Below, one piece after another: positions 44,971 to 55,434 of a DNA stretch of 55,434 nt. The stretch comes from a virus (taxonomy: Duplodnaviria; Caudoviricetes): positions 1 to 55,434 of IMG/VR virus record IMGVR_UViG_3300025769_000146. One strand, 5' to 3'. Numbering within the stretch: position 1 is the stretch's first letter; each line of letters begins with the position of its first letter. The notes below the pieces were generated by a model that saw nothing but the letters and a program-made list of their open reading frames with translations, did no database searches and was not told where the DNA came from. Made by a program: the position numbers and the translations under genes.

Positions 44971-47856
44971 ATGGCTAACACTGCTGAAATCCATATCAAG
45001 CTTACTGGTACAAACAGCAGAACAATTGAGAAGCGAGCTATCGCTCTCAACCGCTTGACCGGCTCCGTCGCCCGCCTTTCTAAAGTGGCGAAGCAGTTCC
45101 CAAGCGTCTCCACAGCGGCGAACAATTTCGCTCGGGGAGTGCAGAACGCTGGTGGCGCGACTGAGCAGATGGGCAAGAAAGTCCAAACTGCCGGCAACTA
45201 TCTAGATAATTTCGGCAACCTGTTCAGCCGCATGGTCCGTATCATGGCGGCGTTCACGATTATCACCACCGTCACCAGCGCGTTAACGGCTCTGGTGCGC
45301 GTTTTGTTTCAAGCGCCGGCCCAATTAGAGCTATGGAACAAGCAGCTTACCACGCTCGCTGGGTCTGCAAACATCGCAGCAGAGAAACTGCGGCTCTTGC
45401 AGGATGTTGCGATTGAGACGCCGCTTGAGTTGCCCGACCTGTTCCAAGGTCTGAACACACTCAAGGCGTTCAACGTCGAAATCGAAGAACGAACCCTAAA
45501 GCTGATCACCGACCTCGCCGCAGTGAGTGGGCGAACATTCCAGGATGTGAGTGAGGTTGTTGGTAAGGTGATTCAGGGGTCCGCGACTGCAATTACTCGG
45601 TCGCTCCCGACACTTGGTATCAACACGCAAGAGTTTCGTGAGCTTGCGTCTGAGATCGGGCGCTCTGCCGCACTATTCCAGATCATCGAAGAACGCTTCA
45701 AGAACTTCGCAAGCGAAAGCGCCAACACGACAATCGGTATCGTCAGTAACATCAAAGATGCCATCTTCGTGATTGCAGCAGATGTGGGCCAAGGACTACT
45801 GACTGCGATTCGCCCAGCGGTCGAGGGTGTGTTTGAGTTCCTCCAGAATCTTCGCGATGACGAAGACACATTGCAGCGTTATCGCGACACTTTGTTCGAC
45901 GTCGGACAAGACCTCGTGGCGATTACTCGGGGTCTTGCTGCCCTTACACGCGCCTTGCTCGACCTTCGCCCAATCGTCAAAGAGGTGCTCGACGCTCTAG
46001 GTGGTCTGAAGAGTGTGATTGCCTTCTTGGTGGCACGAAGGGTCACAGCGGCGTTATCCGGCCTTGCCGGTCCACTCAAGGCGATAGCTGGTCTAAATCT
46101 CGCTCGCAAATTTGCTGCACTGTCGCGTTTGTTTCAGCGTGGCGGCGCGTTCTTCACTTTTGTGAGTGTTCTGCTCCCTCGCGCTCTGACCCTACTCAAA
46201 GCCATTAGCCCCCAAGCGCGCATTCTTGGCTTGGCTTTCACTGCTGCTTTTGTCGGGACGCGCCAATTATTGGGTGGCGTGAATGAGGAGCTTGAGGATG
46301 TCGGCGACACCGCTTCGCTTACGGCTGCAAAAATCAAGAGCGTTTTTGAAAGCTTGGATAGTGAGGTGGCTATCGATGACGCCTTTGAGGTTCGTTCAGT
46401 GTTGGAGGGCTTTCAGAGACGGTTAAGTGGCGCAGCGGGTCAGGCTGGTGAAGTCGCAGTTCGTGGTCCGGCGAGCCTTTTGGGTCCTCTAATTGAAGAA
46501 TTGGGTCGTGATTTTGGAGCTTCTCCGGTTGCCAATCTTCTAGACACTGCGTCTATCAGACTGGCGAAGGGCGAAATAGAAGCGACTATTCAAGTGCTGC
46601 AAAACTTCATCGACTACCAAAGAGAGGCGATAAACCAAGGCATAACGGACGCGCAACAGCGTGTCACTACCGTCGAAGAAGCGTTTGTCCCAGCAACCGG
46701 GATTGTTGCGGCGAGCACTGAAGAGACTATCGAAGCTAACATTGCTCAATTCCGCGAGTTCTTCGACTTCCTGCAATTAAGGCGTGAGTTCGACTTAGTC
46801 GAAACCGAAGAGTACCGGAGAGGAGTGAGCACATTACTCTCCGCTATTCCTACGGAGATCGAAGCAGCATTCGCGAAAACGGACATTACCGACAGCGTGA
46901 AAACACGGGTCGTTCGGTTGCTTCAAGAACTTCTCACAGAGGTTGACCAAGCGCAGACCGACCTCTTATTACAGACCGCCGAAATCACGGAACGGGTTCA
47001 ACAGGCAGTCGCAATACCGGCTATGGATGGTGCCATCACCGCTGCGTCACCTGACGAAATCATGCGTAATATCAGAGCGACCCAGGCCGGTTTTGCAGAA
47101 CAGATCGAAACTGACTTTGCGAACCTTGAAGTGGATTTCGGTCTGGGTTTGATCGATGACTCTAGTTTCAATGTGGCTCGACAAGCTTTGATTGATCGCA
47201 TTGATGCTCTCATGGCCGGAACCAGTGATAAGGAGTTCTTGCTTGAACTCAAGCAGTTGAAATTGGATGTCGAGGGGCTTGAGGACCAGATAAGCAACCC
47301 ACTTGAGAGTGCGTTACGCAACGCAGCGAAACAGGCGGCAGACGCCTTCAGTGAAGTGCTAGGTGCGCTGATCAGTAGGCCGGAAGGCGCGAACCTGGGC
47401 GATATCTTTAAACGATCAATCGCCGGTATTCTGAATTCCATGGGTGATGCGCTGATTCAAGCTGGTATCGCGAGTGAGGCGTTTAACGCACTCATTGCGA
47501 GTTTTGGTCTGCCGGGAGCGGGTTTGGCAGCTATAGCTATCGGGATTGGCTTGAAAGCGTTTGCGAGCGCGATTGGTAATTCCGTTCGCTCCCAAGCCAC
47601 GACAGGTGGTAGTGCCGCATCGGGTGTTAGCGCGTTTAGCGGAACAACCACAGGACCAATCGACTTCGGCACAATCGCTCCACAGCCGTCTTCGGTGATC
47701 AATTTGAACATCAACACAATCGACGCCGCTGGGGTTTCTCAGTTCGTAAAGAACAACGCGGAGGAGTTGGGCAACGCTGTGGTCTACGTTGCTGACCGTG
47801 ACCGCGCTACTGCGGGAGAGGCGTTTGGAGTATTCACCCCGGCGTTTGGAGGCTAA
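44971..47856 (+). CDS. Tape measure protein (961 aa)
   Basis: Long A/L-rich helical ORF; LQDVAIETPLELPDL tape-measure N-terminal pattern; hydrophobic segments. Confidence 0.9.
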   Translation: MANTAEIHIKLTGTNSRTIEKRAIALNRLTGSVARLSKVAKQFPSVSTAANNFARGVQNAGGATEQMGKKVQTAGNYLDNFGNLFSRMVRIMAAFTIITTVTSALTALVRVLFQAPAQLELWNKQLTTLAGSANIAAEKLRLLQDVAIETPLELPDLFQGLNTLKAFNVEIEERTLKLITDLAAVSGRTFQDVSEVVGKVIQGSATAITRSLPTLGINTQEFRELASEIGRSAALFQIIEERFKNFASESANTTIGIVSNIKDAIFVIAADVGQGLLTAIRPAVEGVFEFLQNLRDDEDTLQRYRDTLFDVGQDLVAITRGLAALTRALLDLRPIVKEVLDALGGLKSVIAFLVARRVTAALSGLAGPLKAIAGLNLARKFAALSRLFQRGGAFFTFVSVLLPRALTLLKAISPQARILGLAFTAAFVGTRQLLGGVNEELEDVGDTASLTAAKIKSVFESLDSEVAIDDAFEVRSVLEGFQRRLSGAAGQAGEVAVRGPASLLGPLIEELGRDFGASPVANLLDTASIRLAKGEIEATIQVLQNFIDYQREAINQGITDAQQRVTTVEEAFVPATGIVAASTEETIEANIAQFREFFDFLQLRREFDLVETEEYRRGVSTLLSAIPTEIEAAFAKTDITDSVKTRVVRLLQELLTEVDQAQTDLLLQTAEITERVQQAVAIPAMDGAITAASPDEIMRNIRATQAGFAEQIETDFANLEVDFGLGLIDDSSFNVARQALIDRIDALMAGTSDKEFLLELKQLKLDVEGLEDQISNPLESALRNAAKQAADAFSEVLGALISRPEGANLGDIFKRSIAGILNSMGDALIQAGIASEAFNALIASFGLPGAGLAAIAIGIGLKAFASAIGNSVRSQATTGGSAASGVSAFSGTTTGPIDFGTIAPQPSSVINLNINTIDAAGVSQFVKNNAEELGNAVVYVADRDRATAGEAFGVFTPAFGG

Positions 47857-47859
47857 ACG

Positions 47860-48258
47860 ATGCCACTGCCGAATTATGATGGGGCGGGTAACCCGTATAG
47901 CGCCGGTTCGGCGTTCCCCACTACTACCGTGGACTGTGACTACCCACACACAGCGATAGTGGAATTCAAGAATGCGGTTGTAGCGTCTTACAGCGGCAAA
48001 GAGAAGCGGTCAGCCATGATGCCAGCGCGCAAGGTGTTCAATCTGCGATTTGAACAGTTGACCCACGCAGACGCGGACGCACTCTGGAATCACTATCTCG
48101 CTCAAAGTGGCACTCTGGAATCTTTCTCGTACCAGGACTACAACGAAGATCCCGGTAACCCCGCGCATACGGTACGCTATCAGAACGAGAGCCTGTCTCG
48201 TGAATCGTTTATCTATGACGCGGAGAGGGTAGGCATCACACTCATTGAGGTTCTGTAA
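47860..48258 (+). CDS. Distal tail protein (gpM/DUF2460-like)
   Basis: SGKEKRS...FNLRF...GTLESFSYQD; follows the TMP. Confidence 0.7.
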   Translation: MPLPNYDGAGNPYSAGSAFPTTTVDCDYPHTAIVEFKNAVVASYSGKEKRSAMMPARKVFNLRFEQLTHADADALWNHYLAQSGTLESFSYQDYNEDPGNPAHTVRYQNESLSRESFIYDAERVGITLIEVL

Positions 48259-51200
48259 TGAGGAATTTGCCTGGGTCCGTCCAGACCCTCATCGACGCAG
48301 ATGCGGTTCGGCCCGTTGTCACTGCGACGATCACCTTGCGAGACAACGCGACGGTTCTCTACCTAGCGACACAAGACATTACGATTTCGAGCCAAGCGTA
48401 TGATGGCGACTTGATCGATATGCCTCGTGTGTCGATCTCAACAGGCGACGGTGTCGATCATCTGCGCCTCGAGATTACCGACACAACCAACGAACTTGCG
48501 TCACCCTCACCGTACTGGACGTATGAGGCTAACGACGAGTTCGACGGAGCAACGTGCGAGGTCAATATGTACTTCGCGACGGATGCGACTTATGGCACCC
48601 TTGAGGGTCCGGTTGGACTTTTCCAGGGCGTTGTGTCTGAACCGATAGCTCTAGATGATCGAATCATCCTGACGGTTATGAGCCGGTCACGGGTGAACGT
48701 CGGCACAATCGGACGGAAGATTTCCAAAACGTGCTTAAACGACTTTAAGAGTGCGAACTGCGGCTACACGAACTCCGCAACTATTACGGGCGCGGCGACG
48801 AGCTACAGTGATAATGACGAGATCCCCATCGACACAACGGGTTCCCCCGCCGCTCAAGACGGGATTGCTCTAAAGGGCGAAGGCACTGGGTTTCTTGGTA
48901 ATCAAAATCACGTTCGTATCGTTCGTGGTGGGTCAACGGTTGTATTGGATAATGCGGTCGTCACGGACAGCAACTTGGGAGCCAATTGGATCAAGTTGGA
49001 AAAACCGCTTGGCTTCACTGAGACGTTTCAAGCTGGCGATGTAGTTGAGTATATCCGTTGTCCGCGTGATTCAATGGAGAACTGTGGGAGGCGTTGGAAG
49101 GTTGGAAACACGACCCCGCAAACGGATCGGTTCATGGGGTTCGACTATCATTACCCCGAACTCCCTATTCTCAGTGCCGACGATGTAGGAATCCTGGCAC
49201 GGTTCCTCGACGGGCCGGATATCATTGTACCCATCCCATATGGTCAGCGTTGGGTGAGCCCCCTACTTGTAGGTGTCCACGCCTCTACGACGGAAAACAA
49301 CAAGCCTTGGGCGTCATGGAACTCAACGCTCAAAGGGCCGTTTGTGATCGCGTTGATCGGGGAGGGTCCGGTAGAGGGTGGTATCCTCCCTGCCCGTGCC
49401 GGTGCAGACCAGTTGACGGGTGTGCTCCTAGATGACACGCCACTGGAGTACGTCCCTGCTTACGCGGACGGGGATGGTGCCAAGGTCACTATCTCACTAG
49501 GGGGCACAACCCCTACCGTGTCCGACCTCAACCCAAGATGGGAGCTTGGTGTTGCTGAGTCTTCTATAGCGGGGTTCGGTGGTCTGCCAAACGTGGCCTA
49601 TTGTGTCATCGACCTCCCAGATGAATACGACCTAGAACCTGTGGCTAAGGTGCGGGTTCGTCTTGAGGGTGGCCTATTGGGAGGGTTCCAAGGCACCAGA
49701 TTTATTCCCGGTAGCAATGTGCTGCCCTCAAATAGTCAATTCGTCACCAAGATCTTCCAAGCCAAAGAACCTGACATCCGCATCTACGCCAAAGGACGCA
49801 AGGTTCAATTGTGGAATTACGTCGGTGTCACCCCGACAAAGAGCGGGACAGGGACATACTCTCGCAATCCTGTCTGGCAGATCCTAGATCTACTCTCTGC
49901 GCCACAACGTGTCGCGTCAGATGATGTGTTCTCTGCTGGCATTCCCGAATCTGGGATAGACCATGCCTCGTTCATCGATTGGGCGGGTTATGCGGATGAG
50001 AATGTCACGGTTTATGACGCGGGTGGCGCAGCGGTGACCACGGAGCGATACCGTAGTGACCTCTACATTAACGATGCCACGCGAGCGAATGCCCTAGCAG
50101 CCCTACTGATGACTTGTAGGGGCACCCTGGTCGAACGGGACGGTAAGGTCGGTATATCTTGCGAGGCGCCTCGGGGTGGCACAGGGACTGCGACGGGCGG
50201 AACCACGACTACCCTTCAGGACACGAACCGAAACGGTGCGACACTTCCAAGTTGGCCGACGAGCGGTGTCCAGGGTCTACTTCAAGACTACAAAGTAGAG
50301 ATCGTCTCTGGCACAGGTGCGGGGCAAATCCGCACGATTGATTCCAATACCGCGAACACCGTGACGGTCACCAGTGCTTGGGATGTCGGTCAAGAGCCTG
50401 ACAACACTTCTGAGTACATCATCTACGCGATCCGACTAGACCAAGACAATGTCGGCAAGGTTGAGTTCAAGCGTAAACAACCGACTCACAGCGTCACAAA
50501 TGAGATCGTCGCGACTTTCGATGTGAACACTCAGTACGGCAGAGAGGGAACTGTCCGCGTTCAGGCCACAGGTCAAGACGGGTTTGGTGAAACCTACATC
50601 GATAGGTTCGGCAGAAACTCACGCTCAATGAGCCTCTCTGCGACAACAGACTACAGTTACGCGGTCAGACAGGCTTGGTACACTCTGCAACGGGGAATCA
50701 TTGCGAACCGGCAACTGATGGTAACTGATGCGAACATTGAGGCGATGCCGCTCGAGATTGGCGACATTGTGGCGGTGTCGCACCCAACCGCAGGGTTGGC
50801 ATCAGAGTTGTTCATGGTGAACAGGAAGGTCAGTAAGCCAAATCAGACATATGACCTCACCTTGTCGCTGTACCGTGAGGATCTGCACTTAGATTGGCCC
50901 AGCTACAGCCCTGACGGTATCAAGATCCGCACTCGTTTCCGTTCGGCGCATGAGGTTCCGCCACACGTTACGAGCTTGGTTGTCACTAAGACAGAGAAGG
51001 ACAATGCTGCCCCGGTCATTAACGTCTCTTGGGTGCGCCCGCCTTGGGAGTACCCAGGTGCCAAGACCATCGTAGAAGCTTCTACAGATGGTGGGGCCAC
51101 TTTCGTAGAGGTGGGCAGGAGTGACTTGAGCAATCTCTCCTTCACTGCTTTGGCGGGCACATCCTACACCATCCGTGCGGTCTTCGTCTCACACACCAAC

Positions 51201-51839
51201 ACCCGCGCAGATGATTCGCTAGTGGTTGATACAGCTTCGGGCGGCGCGGCTACGACTTTGGTGGATACGGGTCGGTCATATGAAACCAACCTCTATACGG
51301 GCTGGACCGTGCTGCTTCGGGAGGGTGTCGTTGGCCCACCAGGGGAGGAAACGGCTACGATCACTAGTAACACGGACGACACCTTAACCGTGTCATCGAC
51401 TTGGACGAATAATCCAACGAGTGGTGACACCTACGAGATCTTTAAGGCTGCGCCCTCGACTACGACCGTGACCAGTGATACGAGCAACAAGAAGGTCACC
51501 ATCCTGCAATGGCTCGGGGACACAAAAGAGACACCCGCCACCCCAACTAGCCTCAGTGCCCAAGAAGGCACCACGCAAAACACGGTAGATCTCACCTGGA
51601 CAGACAATGCGACTGACGAGCTAGAGTACCATATCCAACGGGCTCCTGACGTGTCTGGCTCACCGGGAACTTGGGTGACGATCTCTGATAATGAGCCCGC
51701 GAATTCAAACTCGTATCTCGACTCTGATACCAGCACATTGAGTGGTCAGGCGCTTTGGTGGTACAGGGTCCGGTGTCGTAGTATCTACGGGTTCTCGGAC
51801 TACAGTGCTCAAGTCCAGGTAGACCTATCTCTTGCCTAA
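48258..51839 (+). CDS. Tail tip / hub protein (gpL+gpJ-like fusion) with C-terminal FN3 domain
   Basis: CLNDFKSANC...CPRDSMENC cysteines, PIPYG, RNPVWQILDLL, LEIGDIVAV, and PTSLSA...LTWTDN...YRVR FN3. Confidence 0.85.
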   Translation: MRNLPGSVQTLIDADAVRPVVTATITLRDNATVLYLATQDITISSQAYDGDLIDMPRVSISTGDGVDHLRLEITDTTNELASPSPYWTYEANDEFDGATCEVNMYFATDATYGTLEGPVGLFQGVVSEPIALDDRIILTVMSRSRVNVGTIGRKISKTCLNDFKSANCGYTNSATITGAATSYSDNDEIPIDTTGSPAAQDGIALKGEGTGFLGNQNHVRIVRGGSTVVLDNAVVTDSNLGANWIKLEKPLGFTETFQAGDVVEYIRCPRDSMENCGRRWKVGNTTPQTDRFMGFDYHYPELPILSADDVGILARFLDGPDIIVPIPYGQRWVSPLLVGVHASTTENNKPWASWNSTLKGPFVIALIGEGPVEGGILPARAGADQLTGVLLDDTPLEYVPAYADGDGAKVTISLGGTTPTVSDLNPRWELGVAESSIAGFGGLPNVAYCVIDLPDEYDLEPVAKVRVRLEGGLLGGFQGTRFIPGSNVLPSNSQFVTKIFQAKEPDIRIYAKGRKVQLWNYVGVTPTKSGTGTYSRNPVWQILDLLSAPQRVASDDVFSAGIPESGIDHASFIDWAGYADENVTVYDAGGAAVTTERYRSDLYINDATRANALAALLMTCRGTLVERDGKVGISCEAPRGGTGTATGGTTTTLQDTNRNGATLPSWPTSGVQGLLQDYKVEIVSGTGAGQIRTIDSNTANTVTVTSAWDVGQEPDNTSEYIIYAIRLDQDNVGKVEFKRKQPTHSVTNEIVATFDVNTQYGREGTVRVQATGQDGFGETYIDRFGRNSRSMSLSATTDYSYAVRQAWYTLQRGIIANRQLMVTDANIEAMPLEIGDIVAVSHPTAGLASELFMVNRKVSKPNQTYDLTLSLYREDLHLDWPSYSPDGIKIRTRFRSAHEVPPHVTSLVVTKTEKDNAAPVINVSWVRPPWEYPGAKTIVEASTDGGATFVEVGRSDLSNLSFTALAGTSYTIRAVFVSHTNTRADDSLVVDTASGGAATTLVDTGRSYETNLYTGWTVLLREGVVGPPGEETATITSNTDDTLTVSSTWTNNPTSGDTYEIFKAAPSTTTVTSDTSNKKVTILQWLGDTKETPATPTSLSAQEGTTQNTVDLTWTDNATDELEYHIQRAPDVSGSPGTWVTISDNEPANSNSYLDSDTSTLSGQALWWYRVRCRSIYGFSDYSAQVQVDLSLA

Positions 51840-51848
51840 AGGGTTACC

Positions 51849-54800
51849 ATGGCGGTTATCGGCCAGTACAAGTGTGAAATCCAGCTTAACCCTGGGCCGA
51901 ACACCCTAAGCTACAGGATCGTTGTCGAGGGCTACCATCTTGGCTCGACCGATTCTGGTCCGAACGTCGAGCAAGATTGGCAGCACACCTACGATTGGAA
52001 TGTAGGCGCGGCATCGACGCCGGAATCCCACGTTTTGCGTCACACTGACCAAGACCTTGCGGCGACTATTCCAATCAATCCAGCAAACGAGCTCTATTTC
52101 TTACCAGACATCGGGGCCAATGTCCTCGAGGTAACCCTGACGCCCTATGATGCTGTCGATGGTGCTCAGGGTTCGGGGACGGCGGGTGATCCCCAGACGC
52201 TGTATCTAGGCACCCCGGCAAGTTCCTCGGTGATGCGGGCAGAGAACGCTGGAGGCGACAATATCGTTGCGCCTCTGATGAAGGGGACAGGCGGCATTAC
52301 GATGACGTTCGCGAACAGCGTCATCGAAGTGGACGGCAGTGGTGCCGGTGGTGCGACCACGCTCGCTGCCCTGACTGACACGACAATCAGCAGTCCTGGT
52401 GTCGGAGAGTACCTTCGGCATGACGGCACTGATTGGAAGAACGCCGCAATCACAGAAGCTGACATCACAGACGGCACCCTCTTGGCTCGCCTGGCGGGCA
52501 CAGAGACGATCACCGGAGCATGGCTTTTCAGCACGAATGCGACTGTCGGAGACGATGTGGCTTGGCAGTTTGGCAGCGGCACCGACTACTGGTTTGAGTA
52601 CAACAGCACTGGCACACAGTTTGAGTTCTGGACGACTGATTCTAATGGGGCGGGTCTGGACGGCCTCGTCTTTAGTGTCGAGGACGGAACGGACGATGTC
52701 GTCTTTACCGGGATCATAGACCCGCTCGCCATTCAGTTTGGTAACGACCCAGCGAATGACGGTGAGGTTCGGCTACCCAACCTGGGCGACATTTCTTGGC
52801 GCAACGCTGCCAACAATGCGAACGTCACGATCACAGTCGGCACCGACGATGAGGTATCAGTTGGTGCCATCCTTCGCCCAGACGGAAATAACACCCGTGA
52901 TTTAGGGACGACAGACGAGCGTTGGGCCACTCTCTACGTCAACAATATTGTCGGTGCGAGCATTGTGTCGTCTGTGTCCGTTCATAACGGATTAGAGGAC
53001 ACAGGTTCGGGGAGCGCCCCCAACATTGGACTCGACCTCACCTCTACGGACAATTACATCTTTGCCGGGACGAACGAAGAGAGTTCTCCGATTCCCTCTG
53101 GGGCTAGAATCGCATTCAGTGACACAGATAATGATGTCAAACGTGCGTTTGTTAGCGATCTACCATTCCCTGAACAGACGGCTTCAGAAAGCATTACGGG
53201 CACCTGGACGTTCAATGCGACCACAACGGTTGCGGACGATCAGTTGTGGCAGTTTGGGACAAGTGGTGATTACTGGATGGAGTACAACACCACGGGTACG
53301 CAGTTTGAATTCTGGACGACAAATGCAGATGGGGCGGGCGCAGACGGGCTGATCTTCACGGTCGATGACGGAACGGATGATGTAAATTTTACCGGCCTCA
53401 TCACACCGCTCGCGCTCAAGGTCGGGGCCACGCCAGCCAGTGCCGGATCTGTACGTCTGACAAATAACCAAGAAGTCTATTGGCGTAACTTTGCCAACTC
53501 TGCGGATCTGGGCTTTTATGTCGGCGTAGATGATGAGCTTACCGTCAACACTATCCTCCGACCTAGTGGCGACGGAACGCTCGACCTCGGGACAAGCGAC
53601 GAGCGATGGCAGACGGTCTATACTGACGACATCGTTGTCACTAATGGTTTGGTCACATCTGTGTCCACCACGGCCAATAACCATGGTCTGACAATTTCTC
53701 CGACCTCCGGTGATGTACTCGTCAGCATCAATTACGGGTCTGGGGCTGACGCTCTTATCGGCGGTGCAGCCGCCTCCGCGATCACGGTCGAGGGGTTAGA
53801 TGCTGTCCTGGTTGGGGATGGGGGGGTAACTGGCCCAACCGAAGCGGTGGTTTTGAATACGATTCCCTTGACCGTGTTCAGTAAGGGCAACTTCCTCGAA
53901 AGTGGGGACAATGCCACGATCAGTGGGTCTTGGACGTTCAATAGTGACGCCACCCTTGGCGACAATGTCGCACTTCAGTTTGGTGCTGGACCGGACTACT
54001 GGTTTGAGTACAACAGTGCTGGAACTCAATTCGAGTTCTGGACAACTGATGCAAACGGGGCTGGTCTTGATGCTCTTCTGATGAGCGTCAGTGATGGTGG
54101 CACGGTTGTGGACTTCAACGGACAAGTGATCACCCCGGCGATTCGTGTTGGAGGTGGCCCCCAATCCAGCACAGGTGAGGTGCGCCTCTCTTATACGGAC
54201 ACTATCGCCTGGCGTAACTCCGGTGACACCGCAGATGTGATCGCTCTGACGGTGGATGACACTGACAATCTCCTGGTTACACCCACCGATCTACGACCCG
54301 CCACAGACGGTGGCACTGATCTTGGTACGAACTTGATCAGATACGGGCACATCTACACTGACAACATCACCGTTAGTAACGGTTTGGTGACTTCGGTATC
54401 GGAGGCGACCAACGGGGGTATCACTGTCAGTCCGACATCGGGTGCTGTCCTAGTCGGTATCCGTTTGACGGGTACAGACAACTACATCATTGAGGCCCCA
54501 GATCTTCGTGGCACCGGGATCAGCACATCTGCTCGCGTGGCTTACTCGGACGCAAGCAACAATGTCCAGTACGGTAACGTCTCGGACCTTCCGTTCTACG
54601 ACACGGCAACGGGTATCCTAGAAGGAGACATCGTTGACGGCTCCATTCTCGCCCGCCTCGCAGCAGACGAAGTAGTCTCTGGCTCGTACAGGTTCAGCAA
54701 TCAGACTACAACATTCTCGAATGCCAATGCCGAAATCCTCTTTGATGGCATAGGCACGACTGCCCTGACTCGGATTACTCGTAACGACGGCAACGGCAAC

Positions 54801-55434
54801 TTCAACATCCGAAACGGGCATTACTACTCGTCGGGCGAGAAGTACGCCAATGCGGGTAATGGTGCCGTTCACGTTGAGATCAACACAGACTCGACGGCGG
54901 GTGTGTTCCGCATCCGCAACTCGAACAGTACCGGGGTGGCTGCGAATGATCCGGTGACGTTCAACAACTTCTTCGAGATCGACACTAGCTCACTCACCTG
55001 GTCTACGACCGAAGGCGGTACAACGGACTTCCGCGTTACCTCGTCGGGACTCATCACCGCTGGTGAGTGGGATGCCACCACAATCGCCGTCGATCACGGT
55101 GGCACAGGGATTACCGGTGGCATAGCCGCCGACCAATTCCTGATCGGTGACGGGACAGGAAGCCCTTATGTCGCTTCCGGCGCGAACCTCGTGTGGTCGG
55201 GTACGCAACTCACGATCAATAACGCGACGATAACGCACACGGGCACGGGTGGGTTCGTTGGTGATGGGTCAGGGCTGACAGACATCTCTGCTGACAATCT
55301 CACCCTGAACGCGACAGTCGCCACGAACACCTACTATCCGGTATGGTCCGACGCCACTTCGGGTTCGGGCCAGACGACCTTTGGTGACAACGTAATAAGA
55401 GTCGTCATCGGTACGCCGGATGAGGTTACGATTG
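51849..55434 (+). CDS. Long tail fibre, N-terminal part (>1190 aa, 3'-truncated; absent from the ORF track because it has no stop)
   Basis: ATG at 51849 (MAVIGQYKCEIQL...); frame reads ...GTPDEVTI at the window end; three repeats containing DYW(F/M)EYNxxGTQFEFWTT. Confidence 0.85.
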   Translation, partial: MAVIGQYKCEIQLNPGPNTLSYRIVVEGYHLGSTDSGPNVEQDWQHTYDWNVGAASTPESHVLRHTDQDLAATIPINPANELYFLPDIGANVLEVTLTPYDAVDGAQGSGTAGDPQTLYLGTPASSSVMRAENAGGDNIVAPLMKGTGGITMTFANSVIEVDGSGAGGATTLAALTDTTISSPGVGEYLRHDGTDWKNAAITEADITDGTLLARLAGTETITGAWLFSTNATVGDDVAWQFGSGTDYWFEYNSTGTQFEFWTTDSNGAGLDGLVFSVEDGTDDVVFTGIIDPLAIQFGNDPANDGEVRLPNLGDISWRNAANNANVTITVGTDDEVSVGAILRPDGNNTRDLGTTDERWATLYVNNIVGASIVSSVSVHNGLEDTGSGSAPNIGLDLTSTDNYIFAGTNEESSPIPSGARIAFSDTDNDVKRAFVSDLPFPEQTASESITGTWTFNATTTVADDQLWQFGTSGDYWMEYNTTGTQFEFWTTNADGAGADGLIFTVDDGTDDVNFTGLITPLALKVGATPASAGSVRLTNNQEVYWRNFANSADLGFYVGVDDELTVNTILRPSGDGTLDLGTSDERWQTVYTDDIVVTNGLVTSVSTTANNHGLTISPTSGDVLVSINYGSGADALIGGAAASAITVEGLDAVLVGDGGVTGPTEAVVLNTIPLTVFSKGNFLESGDNATISGSWTFNSDATLGDNVALQFGAGPDYWFEYNSAGTQFEFWTTDANGAGLDALLMSVSDGGTVVDFNGQVITPAIRVGGGPQSSTGEVRLSYTDTIAWRNSGDTADVIALTVDDTDNLLVTPTDLRPATDGGTDLGTNLIRYGHIYTDNITVSNGLVTSVSEATNGGITVSPTSGAVLVGIRLTGTDNYIIEAPDLRGTGISTSARVAYSDASNNVQYGNVSDLPFYDTATGILEGDIVDGSILARLAADEVVSGSYRFSNQTTTFSNANAEILFDGIGTTALTRITRNDGNGNFNIRNGHYYSSGEKYANAGNGAVHVEINTDSTAGVFRIRNSNSTGVAANDPVTFNNFFEIDTSSLTWSTTEGGTTDFRVTSSGLITAGEWDATTIAVDHGGTGITGGIAADQFLIGDGTGSPYVASGANLVWSGTQLTINNATITHTGTGGFVGDGSGLTDISADNLTLNATVATNTYYPVWSDATSGSGQTTFGDNVIRVVIGTPDEVTI

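Noticed and set aside
51849-55434. Diversity-generating retroelement acting on the fibre
   Set aside because: No reverse transcriptase ORF, and the repeats differ at all bases rather than only at adenines.

Overview
The window looks like an essentially complete, circularly permuted ~55 kb genome of a GC-rich tailed phage with a long non-contractile tail. It starts inside the 3' part of a tail-fibre gene and ends inside the 5' part of what is probably the same gene. Modules in order: fibre end and lysis (holin-like, DUF5675-type peptidase, spanin-like); metallophosphoesterase; recombination and replication (RecE-like nuclease, Sak4-like ATPase, SLT, dNTP diphosphohydrolase, initiator, DnaB, RusA-like); a second, detached block of virion-type proteins (10.8-18.5 kb); DUF2786 and an unusual tyrosine recombinase; a leftward arm (PAPS-reductase-like, CHC2 Zn finger, SSB, two-frame C5 methyltransferase); rightward small early-type genes; a probable packaging terminus near 32.5 kb; then terminase (gpA-like), an origin-like intergenic block, portal, scaffold, capsid and tail genes. 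The strongest novel signal is a 79-nt minus-strand RNA gene (24161-24239). It is a perfect tmRNA tRNA-like domain (G3:U70 Ala acceptor stem, tmRNA D-loop analogue, helix 2a, T arm) whose pseudoknot/mRNA-like domain is replaced by a 15-nt hairpin, i.e. a tagless mini-tmRNA. The second is a tyrosine recombinase in which an intact catalytic domain appears nested inside a catalytically dead copy of itself. All family calls come from motif recognition by eye; no searches were run.
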